From assembly GCA_029259355.1 (NCBI GenBank), contig JAPDIZ010000003.1, positions 147,710-211,709 on the forward strand: 64,000 nt of DNA, read 5' to 3'. Numbering within the stretch: position 1 is the stretch's first letter; each line of letters opens with the position of its first letter. The stretch is from Candidatus Bathyarchaeota archaeon. Lineage in GTDB: Archaea > Thermoproteota > Bathyarchaeia > JAPDIZ01. The notes beneath the pieces are model-generated. The model searched no databases, had not been told where the DNA came from, and worked only from the letters and a program-made list of their open reading frames with translations. A program made the position numbers and the translations under genes. Positions 39,607 to 48,839 of this stretch are shown piece after piece.

Positions 39607-40602
39607 TTAATACCGTATTACCAAAGGCTTACCTGCTCGAGCAGATTCTAATGCGGTTTCTGCTATTCTGACAGCGTAGTAGCCGACCCATCCATCTGTA
39701 GGAGGTTTCCTTCTCTTTCTAATGCAGTTAACAAACTCCACTAGCTCTATTTTTAAAGGCTCTTTGTATTCAATTGGCACATCACTAGTTATGAGCTCTT
39801 TCACGAGCCTTCTATCGACGTATTTGTCTCTTGCTTCATGTAGTCTTACGGTTTGAGCCAGTAAGTCGCTAGTTATACTCTTTTGCGTACCGACTATAAC
39901 CAAGTCCCTCAATTTAGCAGGAGATAAGCAACTTGTTTCGACATAAGCTATTGATCCACCATAGTCTAAGAACACAACCGAGGTATCGTCAAGAGGACCT
40001 CCTAAGTAACTTTTCACGATTCCCCAAGCCCTATTGGGCAACCTATCCATCAAGTAGTTGAACACTTCTATATGATGTACCGCGTCTCCCAAAGTTACTC
40101 CGCAATCGTTTCGCCTAGGCTTAACCCCCATGAAGTGTCCGTACATAAACAGAATATCTCCAACAACTCCTTCCTGTATAAGACCCTTAACTCTTTGGGT
40201 AGCAGGATTGTAGTGAAATATGTGCCCAACCATTAACACCAGTTTTTGTTCATCAGCTAATTCCGCCAGCTCCTTTGCTTGTGAAGCAACATCGGTTATG
40301 GGTTTTTCGACAAAGACATCCTTACCTGCTTCCAAAGCCTTTTTACAGATCTCGTAGTGTGTATCTATGGGAGTTACGATATCTACAGCCAATACTTCAT
40401 CATTTTTTATCTCTGCTTCGTAATCGGTTGTACACTTTATTTCATATTTCTTTTTAACTTTATTCAAAACTTCCTCATCAACATCACAAACACCATATAA
40501 TTTGCATAGGCCTTCAACCTCTAACTGCTTGAGAACTCGCAAATGATTCATACCCCAGCGACCTACACCTACTAACAAGATGTTAGGTTTTTTGCGGGAC
40601 AT
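39607..40602 (-). CDS. Gfo/Idh/MocA-family sugar oxidoreductase (WbpB / UDP-GlcNAc 3-dehydrogenase-like)
   Basis: 331 aa with ILLVGVGRWGMNHLRVL (Rossmann) and VFVEKPIT. It is a paralog of 5207..6196 and the first gene of an oxidoreductase - acetyltransferase - aminotransferase run. Confidence 0.85.
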   Translation of the reverse strand: MSRKKPNILLVGVGRWGMNHLRVLKQLEVEGLCKLYGVCDVDEEVLNKVKKKYEIKCTTDYEAEIKNDEVLAVDIVTPIDTHYEICKKALEAGKDVFVEKPITDVASQAKELAELADEQKLVLMVGHIFHYNPATQRVKGLIQEGVVGDILFMYGHFMGVKPRRNDCGVTLGDAVHHIEVFNYLMDRLPNRAWGIVKSYLGGPLDDTSVVFLDYGGSIAYVETSCLSPAKLRDLVIVGTQKSITSDLLAQTVRLHEARDKYVDRRLVKELITSDVPIEYKEPLKIELVEFVNCIRKRRKPPTDGWVGYYAVRIAETALESARAGKPLVIRY

Positions 40603-40701
40603 TAGCCTCCTCCAACAAGGCTATTGGAACCATTGAGGATGAATTTGGCTTCCTGATAAAAAGATTAAAGTCTTGTCTTTTCACTACCATAGTAGAACAC
40701 C

Positions 40702-41985
40702 ATGAAGATTATGATGCTTACAAGAAGTAGATTCCCCAGCGAAAGAGCGGAGTCAATGACTACTATCTATACAGCTGAAGCCTTAGCTAAAGAGGGGTGT
40801 CAAGTGGAAGTATTGTTTAGGTCAGAACGCACATTTCTTGAACCCATAACAGCGAGTTATTTAAACAACCCCATCGATTTTTATGGAATAGACTCTAGCA
40901 TCATAGACAACGGGCTGTTAAGAATTACAAAGATACCTGCACCATGGTTTTTATTAGAGCTAATCTATCGGCTAAGTGAGAGTTTTCAGAGAAAACTTTT
41001 AGAGAAGATTTATTTTTTAGCATATAATTCTGTTCTCTTGTTATATGTCTTCATAAAATCGATTTTTAATAAACCTGATGTAATTTATCTCCGAACCACA
41101 TCCATAGCATTCTTCTTACTACTTTTAAAGCCTATTATTAAGGCAAAAATCGTATATGAAGCACATAATCTTTCAAACATACCCCCCACACATAAGGAAA
41201 GAGTCGTCATAAACAGAGTTGATGGAATAGTTGCTCTCACAAAACCACTAGAGGAAATACTGATATCATTAGGTGTAAAGAAAGACAAAATATGTTACGC
41301 AATATCTGGTGTAAAAGCGGATTTTCTTCAAAAGATAAAATATGACAAAAGCATTATTCGCAAGAAAATCAACTTGCCTCTAGATGGAATAATTGTTATC
41401 TATACTGGCAGCTTATATCCGAGAAAAGGTGTTGAAGATACACTTTACGCCTTGAAAATAATTAAAGAAAAAAATAATCATCTCTATAAGAAATTATACT
41501 TCTTAATAGTAGGAGGAAACCTTAAAGAGCGAGAATTCTGGACAATATCCGCGCTATCAGATCAGCTTAGTATAAGGAAACACGTAATACTTCGCAGATT
41601 CATTCCTCCTTCAAAGCTATTTGATTATATCATTGCCTCAGATATCGCAATTTATACCCCGAGGCGAACTTTCTATCAAGATTTCTTTGGAGGAGGTGGA
41701 TTAAAACTTTGGCAATACATGTTAGCAGGAAAACCCACGATTTTATCCAGACTAAAATCTACTGAAGATATTGTAGTTGATGGCGTAAATTGCTTGTTGG
41801 TGGAACCGCAGAATCCTCAAGCAATTGCAGATTCCATAATGAGGTTAATAATCAATCCAGATCTTGCTCAAAGAATCGGGAAAAATGCGCAGGAAATAGC
41901 TTTGAAAGAATATACATGGGAAAAACGCGCACGTAAGATAATAATCTTCCTAAAGAATCAGGTTTTAGCACATAAAATTAACTAA
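40702..41985 (+). CDS. GT4 glycosyltransferase
   Basis: 427 aa with VIYTGSLYPRKGVEDTL and GGGGLKLWQYMLAGKPTILSRLKSTEDIVVDGVNCLLVEP. Confidence 0.8.
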   Translation: MKIMMLTRSRFPSERAESMTTIYTAEALAKEGCQVEVLFRSERTFLEPITASYLNNPIDFYGIDSSIIDNGLLRITKIPAPWFLLELIYRLSESFQRKLLEKIYFLAYNSVLLLYVFIKSIFNKPDVIYLRTTSIAFFLLLLKPIIKAKIVYEAHNLSNIPPTHKERVVINRVDGIVALTKPLEEILISLGVKKDKICYAISGVKADFLQKIKYDKSIIRKKINLPLDGIIVIYTGSLYPRKGVEDTLYALKIIKEKNNHLYKKLYFLIVGGNLKEREFWTISALSDQLSIRKHVILRRFIPPSKLFDYIIASDIAIYTPRRTFYQDFFGGGGLKLWQYMLAGKPTILSRLKSTEDIVVDGVNCLLVEPQNPQAIADSIMRLIINPDLAQRIGKNAQEIALKEYTWEKRARKIIIFLKNQVLAHKIN

Positions 41986-42326
41986 TATTATTTTTACTTC
42001 TAAAAGATTAACCAGAGAATATTTCATAAAATTGTTGGTCTAAAGCTTGAGATTTCTATAAGTTTCTTAAAATATTAGAAAAGAAGTTTTTAGTATTGGA
42101 AAGCCGCATCTCCATACGAAAGGATCCTGTACTTTCGTGTTACTTGTGATGTCCCCCAAAATTTTGGTTCACATAGCTAGCTAATTACATCCCTTCCATA
42201 CGGAAGATTGTATGCAAAAGAATCACTATTTTATCACTAGGTTTTCCCAGTAACCCTAAACTCAAATTCAAATTTAGCTTAAAAACTTGAAACTATAGAG
42301 ATTTTGTTAAAGAAATTCTCTATATT

Positions 42327-44174
42327 TTATTTGATTTTGAAGATGATTACTTCTTCATTCTCGTACACTGGTCTAAAAGCTTTGTAATATTCGAGAAGTT
42401 TAGTTTTGTTAACCTCATTCTTTGGTATCCAAAGATACTTAACGTCATATTTTTCGAGAACCTTTTTGACATCACTTATTGACCAATTAGAGCTTATTTC
42501 GCTAGAGTAGATGGTTTTGTTAAAACTTCGTCTAATATCTCTTTCGGAGGCGCTGATTAAGCTAAACGTGGATATAACTCCAGAAGTAGTTTTGTTTCCA
42601 GAAAGAGCTGGAATAAGCCAAGAAATTTCTGTAGGAGCCCATACAATGTCCTCAGGATTGGAGTTGCTCTCTAACCATTTAAAAGCGCGGAATTGATAAA
42701 TAGAGATGAAACAAGGATGTTTAGGAACCCATCGAAGAGTGAAAAGCATTAAACCAAAAAATGTTGATGCAATTAAGGAAATAGTCAATATAGTTAACAT
42801 AATATACGCAAAGAGTTTATGGATAACATTACTAACCTTGGCGATCTTATCAATAAAAACGATTACCACAACAGCACTTATTGGAACTAAACTTATTCTA
42901 AACAAACCCATTGAATAATCCTGCATAGGAAAAGTTGTGGGTATATTGAGATAATCTTTTGGTAAGAAAGGAGCGACTGAGAATACGGTCCCACTTACAA
43001 GGATGAGGACTAATATGGCGTTTAAATCCTTGATAAATTTCCTTAAGTCTAGTATTCTGATAATCTTCCAGCAAATAATGCCGAGAACAGTAAGTATAAA
43101 CATTAATCCAAAAGCCTCAGGATATTCCCATAAATACGGCATTTTTGGTCGGCCGTAAGGTGTGTATGCGTATCTAAGAGAATCAATTAATTGCCATGTA
43201 ACACTTACTATTTGAGGATTACTAAGATACAGCATTACTAGGGGGGATGTTATAGCCATATATATTAATACAACTATAACCAGTTTAATGAGAAATACCT
43301 TTATACCCTGTTTTATATCATGCTGTAATTCTACCATAAGTAGACATATGAGAGTAACAATTATCCAAACAGAGCTAATGGGGGCATGAGTTAATGTGGC
43401 AAATCCTAGCAACAATCCTACTAGAGCAGAATTTTTTGAGAAAATAGAAACTCGATCTACTTCTTTTGAAAAAATAACCAGCGATAAAGCCAGCACACCA
43501 AACGCAGTTGATAGTTTTCTGTAAGGAGGCATAAGAAAACAAACTCCACCTAGTCTTAAACGCATTCCCCAGAAATTATATAGAATATATGTAATCTTCA
43601 TTTTTATCTCGGCAGGAATAGAAAGAGTAGGTGATCCGGACAATATACCATGTACAAAGTTAGAGAGAAGGTAGTTATGTCTTACAGCAATATGTAGAAG
43701 CCTCAACCAAGATAGCGAATTACCATACATTACAAGCAACATCGCATGAAAAATGAACATACTCTTTTTCTGATTATAAAATATTTTCGAAAAAAATAGG
43801 TAGAAAGCAAAAAATAATCCTAAGTCTGCAAGCAACGAAATGAGAAAGTATGAAACAAAAACTGGAAGGCCAGTAACAATAGAGAGAAGAGCGCATAATG
43901 AGAAGAAGAAGGGGGGTTGTGGAATTGGGGGACTATGAGGATCAAAGGGGCTTCTGATAGGAAAAATTTTTCCTTCTAAAACCTCTCGGGCAGCTCCGAC
44001 ATATCCGGGTAGATCACCAAGTAAGCCTATGTATACTCCCTTTCTAACTCTCATTAAATAGCAACCATAAATAACGGGAAGAGCTTCTCCAAAGAAACAT
44101 AAGACAAGGAGGAGGGTAATCAAGATAGTTTGATTTTTCCATATCTTTACTCTTCTATACATTATAACACCCAT
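42327..44174 (-). CDS. Large polytopic membrane protein with a C-terminal soluble domain; GT-C-like candidate (singleton)
   Basis: 615 aa and hydrophobic for about 480 aa. A non-membrane tail follows (FKWLESNSNPEDIVWAPTEISWLIPALSGNKTT...YDVKYLWIPKNE...). I recognise no diagnostic motif. Confidence 0.7.
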   Translation of the reverse strand: MGVIMYRRVKIWKNQTILITLLLVLCFFGEALPVIYGCYLMRVRKGVYIGLLGDLPGYVGAAREVLEGKIFPIRSPFDPHSPPIPQPPFFFSLCALLSIVTGLPVFVSYFLISLLADLGLFFAFYLFFSKIFYNQKKSMFIFHAMLLVMYGNSLSWLRLLHIAVRHNYLLSNFVHGILSGSPTLSIPAEIKMKITYILYNFWGMRLRLGGVCFLMPPYRKLSTAFGVLALSLVIFSKEVDRVSIFSKNSALVGLLLGFATLTHAPISSVWIIVTLICLLMVELQHDIKQGIKVFLIKLVIVVLIYMAITSPLVMLYLSNPQIVSVTWQLIDSLRYAYTPYGRPKMPYLWEYPEAFGLMFILTVLGIICWKIIRILDLRKFIKDLNAILVLILVSGTVFSVAPFLPKDYLNIPTTFPMQDYSMGLFRISLVPISAVVVIVFIDKIAKVSNVIHKLFAYIMLTILTISLIASTFFGLMLFTLRWVPKHPCFISIYQFRAFKWLESNSNPEDIVWAPTEISWLIPALSGNKTTSGVISTFSLISASERDIRRSFNKTIYSSEISSNWSISDVKKVLEKYDVKYLWIPKNEVNKTKLLEYYKAFRPVYENEEVIIFKIK

Positions 44175-44454
44175 CTTATCGATTTGTTTATCCTAACTTT
44201 GCTCTTATAACTTTTGCAAAAAATATCTCAGAATTTTATTAGCGGTATATATACTGCCATGCAGTACAGCATATGTAAACTTCCAGAAAAGATTATACTA
44301 AGAAAAGCCGCAAATCGTTGAAGATACCACGGCTAGTATACTCGATACTATATCAGGAAACTACGATGGCTCTGAAGAGGTATATACCAAAATGCGATTT
44401 ATTACAAAAAATTTCAACAATAAGTAAATCGCTTTGAAAATAACCAATAACCTA

Positions 44455-45393
44455 CTAACTGAGATAACTAGAAGCTAAATCGCCAAAAGTTAAAAATTCG
44501 ATATCTTCTTTCTCCTTTAAAAGTTTTATTAGTTTATTCAGCCGATTTAAATTCTTTAAATTAATTCCGTTTCCCAAGAGAATTCCATGATATTCATTTT
44601 CAATATGCGCATGGACAGATACGACACCGCCCAAAGATGCTATCTTTAGAGCGCGGGAAAAATCACTTCGAGCGATGTCGAAGTTCCTCGGAATTAGTAC
44701 TAACTTTCTTGCTTCCTTCTCTAAGATCGTAGGTTTATAGATTGAAATACCCCTTAACCCGCTCCCTTGACACGTCGCATTACGAGAGATTGGTGTTTGG
44801 ATGTCGATCGAGGAAGCGCAGTAGAGATAATCTCTTTTTAAGAGAGCGTGACAAAGACCACAACTTATCCCCCATCCGGGCGGTGAAAAACCTTTAACGT
44901 AAACTAATCCAGCGCTATCCATAATTTTTTCAGCATCTACTAGCTTTTTAATACAACTTTCTTTGTCAAGATCATAAAATTCAGCTGAATGTCTGATAAA
45001 AAGATTTAGATGTGTACATCCATGTATACCGATTTCAAAGTTGCCAGTTTTCACCATATCATTTAAAAAAGCACACCAATTTCTGTAAACATCTGCATCT
45101 AATCTAAAGTAATTGTTTGGCCATTTCTTAACAAAAAACTTACCAACGAGGATGGCCATATTCTTCCCCCCAATTCTGTTTATAAGAATCTGCGTACGCG
45201 CTAGTCCCCTCATTTGGGGAAGGAATAGCCAATTCGGCGTAACGAAAAGCGTGATCTTAACTTCGGGATTGCTATCGATAAACTTTAGGAGAAGCCCTAG
45301 GACCCCTTTCTCTAAATCTCCTCCGCAATCATCGCCAATCACTGAACTCTCAGGGTGCACGTCATCTACTCCTATCACCAAGGACACAGTCAT
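44455..45393 (-). CDS. Polysaccharide deacetylase-like protein (DUF2334/CE4-related)
   Basis: 312 aa with VSLVIGVDDVHPE and FEIGIHGCTHL, a D-D...H-x-x-x-H layout. The functional call is tentative. Confidence 0.55.
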   Translation of the reverse strand: MTVSLVIGVDDVHPESSVIGDDCGGDLEKGVLGLLLKFIDSNPEVKITLFVTPNWLFLPQMRGLARTQILINRIGGKNMAILVGKFFVKKWPNNYFRLDADVYRNWCAFLNDMVKTGNFEIGIHGCTHLNLFIRHSAEFYDLDKESCIKKLVDAEKIMDSAGLVYVKGFSPPGWGISCGLCHALLKRDYLYCASSIDIQTPISRNATCQGSGLRGISIYKPTILEKEARKLVLIPRNFDIARSDFSRALKIASLGGVVSVHAHIENEYHGILLGNGINLKNLNRLNKLIKLLKEKEDIEFLTFGDLASSYLS

Positions 45394-45525
45394 ATTCTTG
45401 CACGTCCGAGTCCAATCAATGGGTCAAATCGTATTCTTTAGCTTGACATCTTCGACATAAGTAATTCTTAACGAGATTGATTGTCATAATCTTTAGAAGA
45501 CTAAAGTATTAGGCCTATAGATGAG

Positions 45526-46284
45526 TTGAGAGGACCCCTAAACTACGCCTCGGAGAGCATTTGCATGTCCTTAGAGGAGAATGGTTGGAGATATGCTTTG
45601 AAAGCTCATGGAATTCAGAGAATTATCCCTGATAATGCCAAGAGGGGAATCGTTCTTGATTTGGGATGCGGAGATGGCAATCTTGCTGCAACCGTCTTTG
45701 GTAAGGAGTCGGTAGAAAGAGTTGTAGGAGTAGATATTTCACCTAACGCTTTAAAAAAGCCAAAAGAAGAATCGGTTCCTTAGTTTTAGGAGATGCTGCA
45801 CACCTACCTTTTCGCGACTTAGCATTTGATGGAGTAATCTGCAGCGCTGTGATTGCGCACTTAACTAGAGACAAAGCTATAGCTACACTACTAGAGGTTC
45901 ATAGAGTGCTTGCTGATGAGGGATTTCTCGTACTTCTTACGGTTAATCGAGAACCACTAAAAGAGAAGATTATGAGGAGAACTAAGAAAATACATTGTTA
46001 AGGAACACATATACGAGTACTCTTATAAGGAGCTAAAGGGTTTGGTAGAAAGCTTCTTCTATATCACAAAAAAATTAGGAGTGCATCTCAATGTTTTATA
46101 TAGTCTTCAAAAACATCTAATTAAATACAAACTTTTTTCCTCTCTTATTAAACGTATGATACGTTTTGCTCCCATCTCTTTGAGTACATGGATGATTCTC
46201 CTTTGCAGAAAAACAGAAGATTCAAAAATCTCAGAGAAAAAGTTGCGTACACAGGGAGTTGCTCAAGGTTTTATAAAACACTAA
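45526..46284 (+). pseudogene. Class I SAM methyltransferase broken by two frameshifts
   Basis: Frame 1: VLDLGCGDGNLAA...VVGVDISPNALKK then PKEESVP*. Frame 2, from the A6 run 45753-45758: AKRRIGSLVLGDAAHLPFRDLAFDGVICSAVIAHL...LADEGFLVLLTVNREPL...KKIHC*. Frame 3, from around the A4 run 45987-45990: IVKEHIYEYSYKELKGLVESFFYITKKLGV... (track ORF 46042..46284). Confidence 0.75.
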
Positions 46285-46325
46285 CCGTGGAGGTAAATTA
46301 GTGGGTGAGCTGGTGAGTCGCGTCT

Positions 46326-47519
46326 ATGAGAATATGTAGAGTGGTTAATGAGTTCCCATCTTCTCAAGATAGGTGGGGGAGTTTAGGGCCAAATTATTAC
46401 TACTTCTCAAAGTTAAGCCTTAAACGCGGAATTGAAGTACATATAGTTGCAGGTAGAAATCCTGGAGAGAATGTTGAAGAGGTTGTCGATGGAATTCACG
46501 TTCATAGGATAGCTCCCGTAAAGAAGATAACTGATGGTTTCAAAGGGCGATTTGCTGTAGAATTGCGGAGAAAGATAAAGGAACTCTCTCCTGATATCGT
46601 ACATGGTCATAACAGCATACACATTTCGCTATTGTTAGAGAGAGATAAATTGGATATTCCAATTATTACACATTTACACACGTCAATAGACCATTATAAA
46701 TTCACAGAAAAACTTCCAATAACATACGACTTTGTAAGAGGCTTGAAAGATCGCTTAAGTGAAAGATGGTTAGCATGGTTGAAGAAGGAAGCTGCTGAAA
46801 AAGCAAACTTAGTGATTACTGGGTCTAAGTATATAGCAGAGTCTGTATTAAGGTGCACTAGCAATCGGAGGCTATCTGTCGTTTACAATGGAGTTGATAT
46901 CAATATCTTCAAACCAATTAAAAGTAATTTGAAAAATGAAATGGAAGCTGATTTCTTAATTCTATACGTAGGAAGACCAAATCCTTGGAAAGGAGTTCAT
47001 TATTTGTTAGGAGCTTTAGCTAAATTAAAAAAAGAATATAGAAAAATAAAATGCATCTTAATTGGTGTAAAAAAAATGGATTCATTTCACAAACCGTACT
47101 ATGAATGGCTCGTCACACTAGCAAAGAGTTTAGGATTAGATATTGAAAAGGAGGTAATTACATTTTCTCATATTCCCTATCATGAACTGCCGAAGTACTA
47201 CTCTGGTGTAGATTGTTTCATCACTCCCGCATATCCCGAACCCTGTCCATCAAAAACCATACTCGAAGCGCAGGCATGTTGCTGTCCAGTTATAGCAGCA
47301 AATGGTGGTGGAGTATGTGAAATTTTTAGTGAAGAATCTGGATTACTTTTTAGGCCTAGAAATCTTCAGGACTTGGTAGAGAAAACTAAAATTGTCCTTA
47401 AAAATCCAGATAAGTTTAGAGGTGGAAGAAAGATTATAGAAGAAAAAGCTACTTGGGAAAAAAGCGTCGATGGTATAATCAAGTGTTACGAGGAGCTTTT
47501 ACATGAGAGATCACTATAG
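46326..47519 (+). CDS. GT4 glycosyltransferase
   Basis: 397 aa with LYVGRPNPWKGVHYLL and TPAYPEPCPSKTILEAQACCCPVIAANGGGVCEIFSEESGLLFRP. Confidence 0.85.
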   Translation: MRICRVVNEFPSSQDRWGSLGPNYYYFSKLSLKRGIEVHIVAGRNPGENVEEVVDGIHVHRIAPVKKITDGFKGRFAVELRRKIKELSPDIVHGHNSIHISLLLERDKLDIPIITHLHTSIDHYKFTEKLPITYDFVRGLKDRLSERWLAWLKKEAAEKANLVITGSKYIAESVLRCTSNRRLSVVYNGVDINIFKPIKSNLKNEMEADFLILYVGRPNPWKGVHYLLGALAKLKKEYRKIKCILIGVKKMDSFHKPYYEWLVTLAKSLGLDIEKEVITFSHIPYHELPKYYSGVDCFITPAYPEPCPSKTILEAQACCCPVIAANGGGVCEIFSEESGLLFRPRNLQDLVEKTKIVLKNPDKFRGGRKIIEEKATWEKSVDGIIKCYEELLHERSL

Positions 47520-48408
47520 ACGAAATAATTACAATCCTCTAGTTTCGGTTTTGCTTCCTACGTATAATGGGGCTTCAACGATAGGGGGATGTATAGAGTC
47601 TTTGCTCAATCAAAGCTATCAAAACGTAGAAATTATTGTAATCGATGACGGATCTGCCGATGAAACATACGCAGTTGTTTCAAAGTACCCAGTAAAATAC
47701 TATCGCATACCTCATGGAGGAAGAGCCCAAGCTGTAAACTTTGGATTAAGGAGGGCTAGGGGAGAGATTGTGGCGGTTGTAGAAGACGATGCAGTCTATC
47801 TGCCGAATTATCTACGGGAAGTAGTTAAGCATTTTGAAGATCCCCTAGTAGGGGTGGTAATGGGGCCTCACTACGTTTTAGATCCGAAAAGTTTTGTGGA
47901 GAAATGCAAAGATCTCGAGCGAAGAGTTCACTTTACAGATTATGTACCATATACTGGTTGGGTGTTTAGGAAAAATCTGCTTGAAAAAGTTGGTGGATTT
48001 GACGAATCCGTTGCTTCAGGGGACGAGGTTATTACCTCGCGTAGGATCGCTAGCCTCGGATATAAGATCGTTTTTGAACCCAAGGCGGTTTGGTTGCATA
48101 GAGAACCCGATAACATTGCGGGTTTGCTGAGAGATCGCTTTCGTGGAGGAATCAATCGAGCAATATATGGGATTAGACATGGAACAAAACCTCTATCTTC
48201 GTCTCTAAGCCATAAAGATCTTAATTTTGTCAGAGAGCTACGCAAGATAAGAATCGCGGCTCAAATTTCGCACAGTCTTCTGCTCACCTTAGGCTATATC
48301 ATGATTCTCTACTTAGGAAGGGTGGTAGCACTTCTAGGACTTGTTTATGGGAAAATGTTTCGCAAAAAGTCTCTCAAAATCTTAGGAGAATGGAGACCTC
48401 AAAAATAA
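47503..48408 (+). CDS. GT2 glycosyltransferase with a C-terminal membrane segment
   Basis: 301 aa with VSVLLPTYNGAST, VIDDGSADET, VVEDDAVY and a C-terminal hydrophobic stretch SLLLTLGYIMILYLGRVVALLGLVYG. It overlaps the upstream GT4 gene by 17 nt. Confidence 0.85.
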   Translation: MRDHYRRNNYNPLVSVLLPTYNGASTIGGCIESLLNQSYQNVEIIVIDDGSADETYAVVSKYPVKYYRIPHGGRAQAVNFGLRRARGEIVAVVEDDAVYLPNYLREVVKHFEDPLVGVVMGPHYVLDPKSFVEKCKDLERRVHFTDYVPYTGWVFRKNLLEKVGGFDESVASGDEVITSRRIASLGYKIVFEPKAVWLHREPDNIAGLLRDRFRGGINRAIYGIRHGTKPLSSSLSHKDLNFVRELRKIRIAAQISHSLLLTLGYIMILYLGRVVALLGLVYGKMFRKKSLKILGEWRPQK

Positions 48409-48839
48409 TCAAAAATCTTCATCACACAAATTATGAAACCATACCAAAGCACTTGAATGGAAATTTTTCACATAGTCTCCCTTCATGAAAGTAAATGAAT
48501 GCCGTCTCAGAGAGGAAAGTCCAGATGTGTAGATTACAGATGAACGCTATAATCCTCTAACAAGTCAGCCTATGGATTTTTACTTCATGCCTGACTTTTG
48601 AGGAGCTTAGCTAAGGAATCTTTTTCTCTATAGCTTCTACGATGACTACTGAGCGGCCCCATCGCGTCGAATGTGCTTTTTTTATACAAACCGTAGGCTG
48701 CTACTTCTCCCCTTTATCCGTATTTTTGTTGATAGCTTCTCTAACTACCCCATTTTCTTCCTCCTAAGCTATGTAACGAGAAACTAGTGGAGTAAAAAAC
48801 ACTTGCTTCGCATCTAAGACATCGTAATCGCTCTCTGCC

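Noticed and set aside
48512-48522. GAGGAAAGTCC, identical to the universally conserved P4/CR-I segment of RNase P RNA, lies in the spacer after the GT2 gene. A nearby 7-bp hairpin (aagtcag...ctgactt) lies at about 48565-48600.
   Set aside because: The match is only 11 nt. I could not find the complementary P4 3' strand or the other conserved RNase P regions. The surrounding sequence is AT-rich and not visibly structured, so this is most likely chance.
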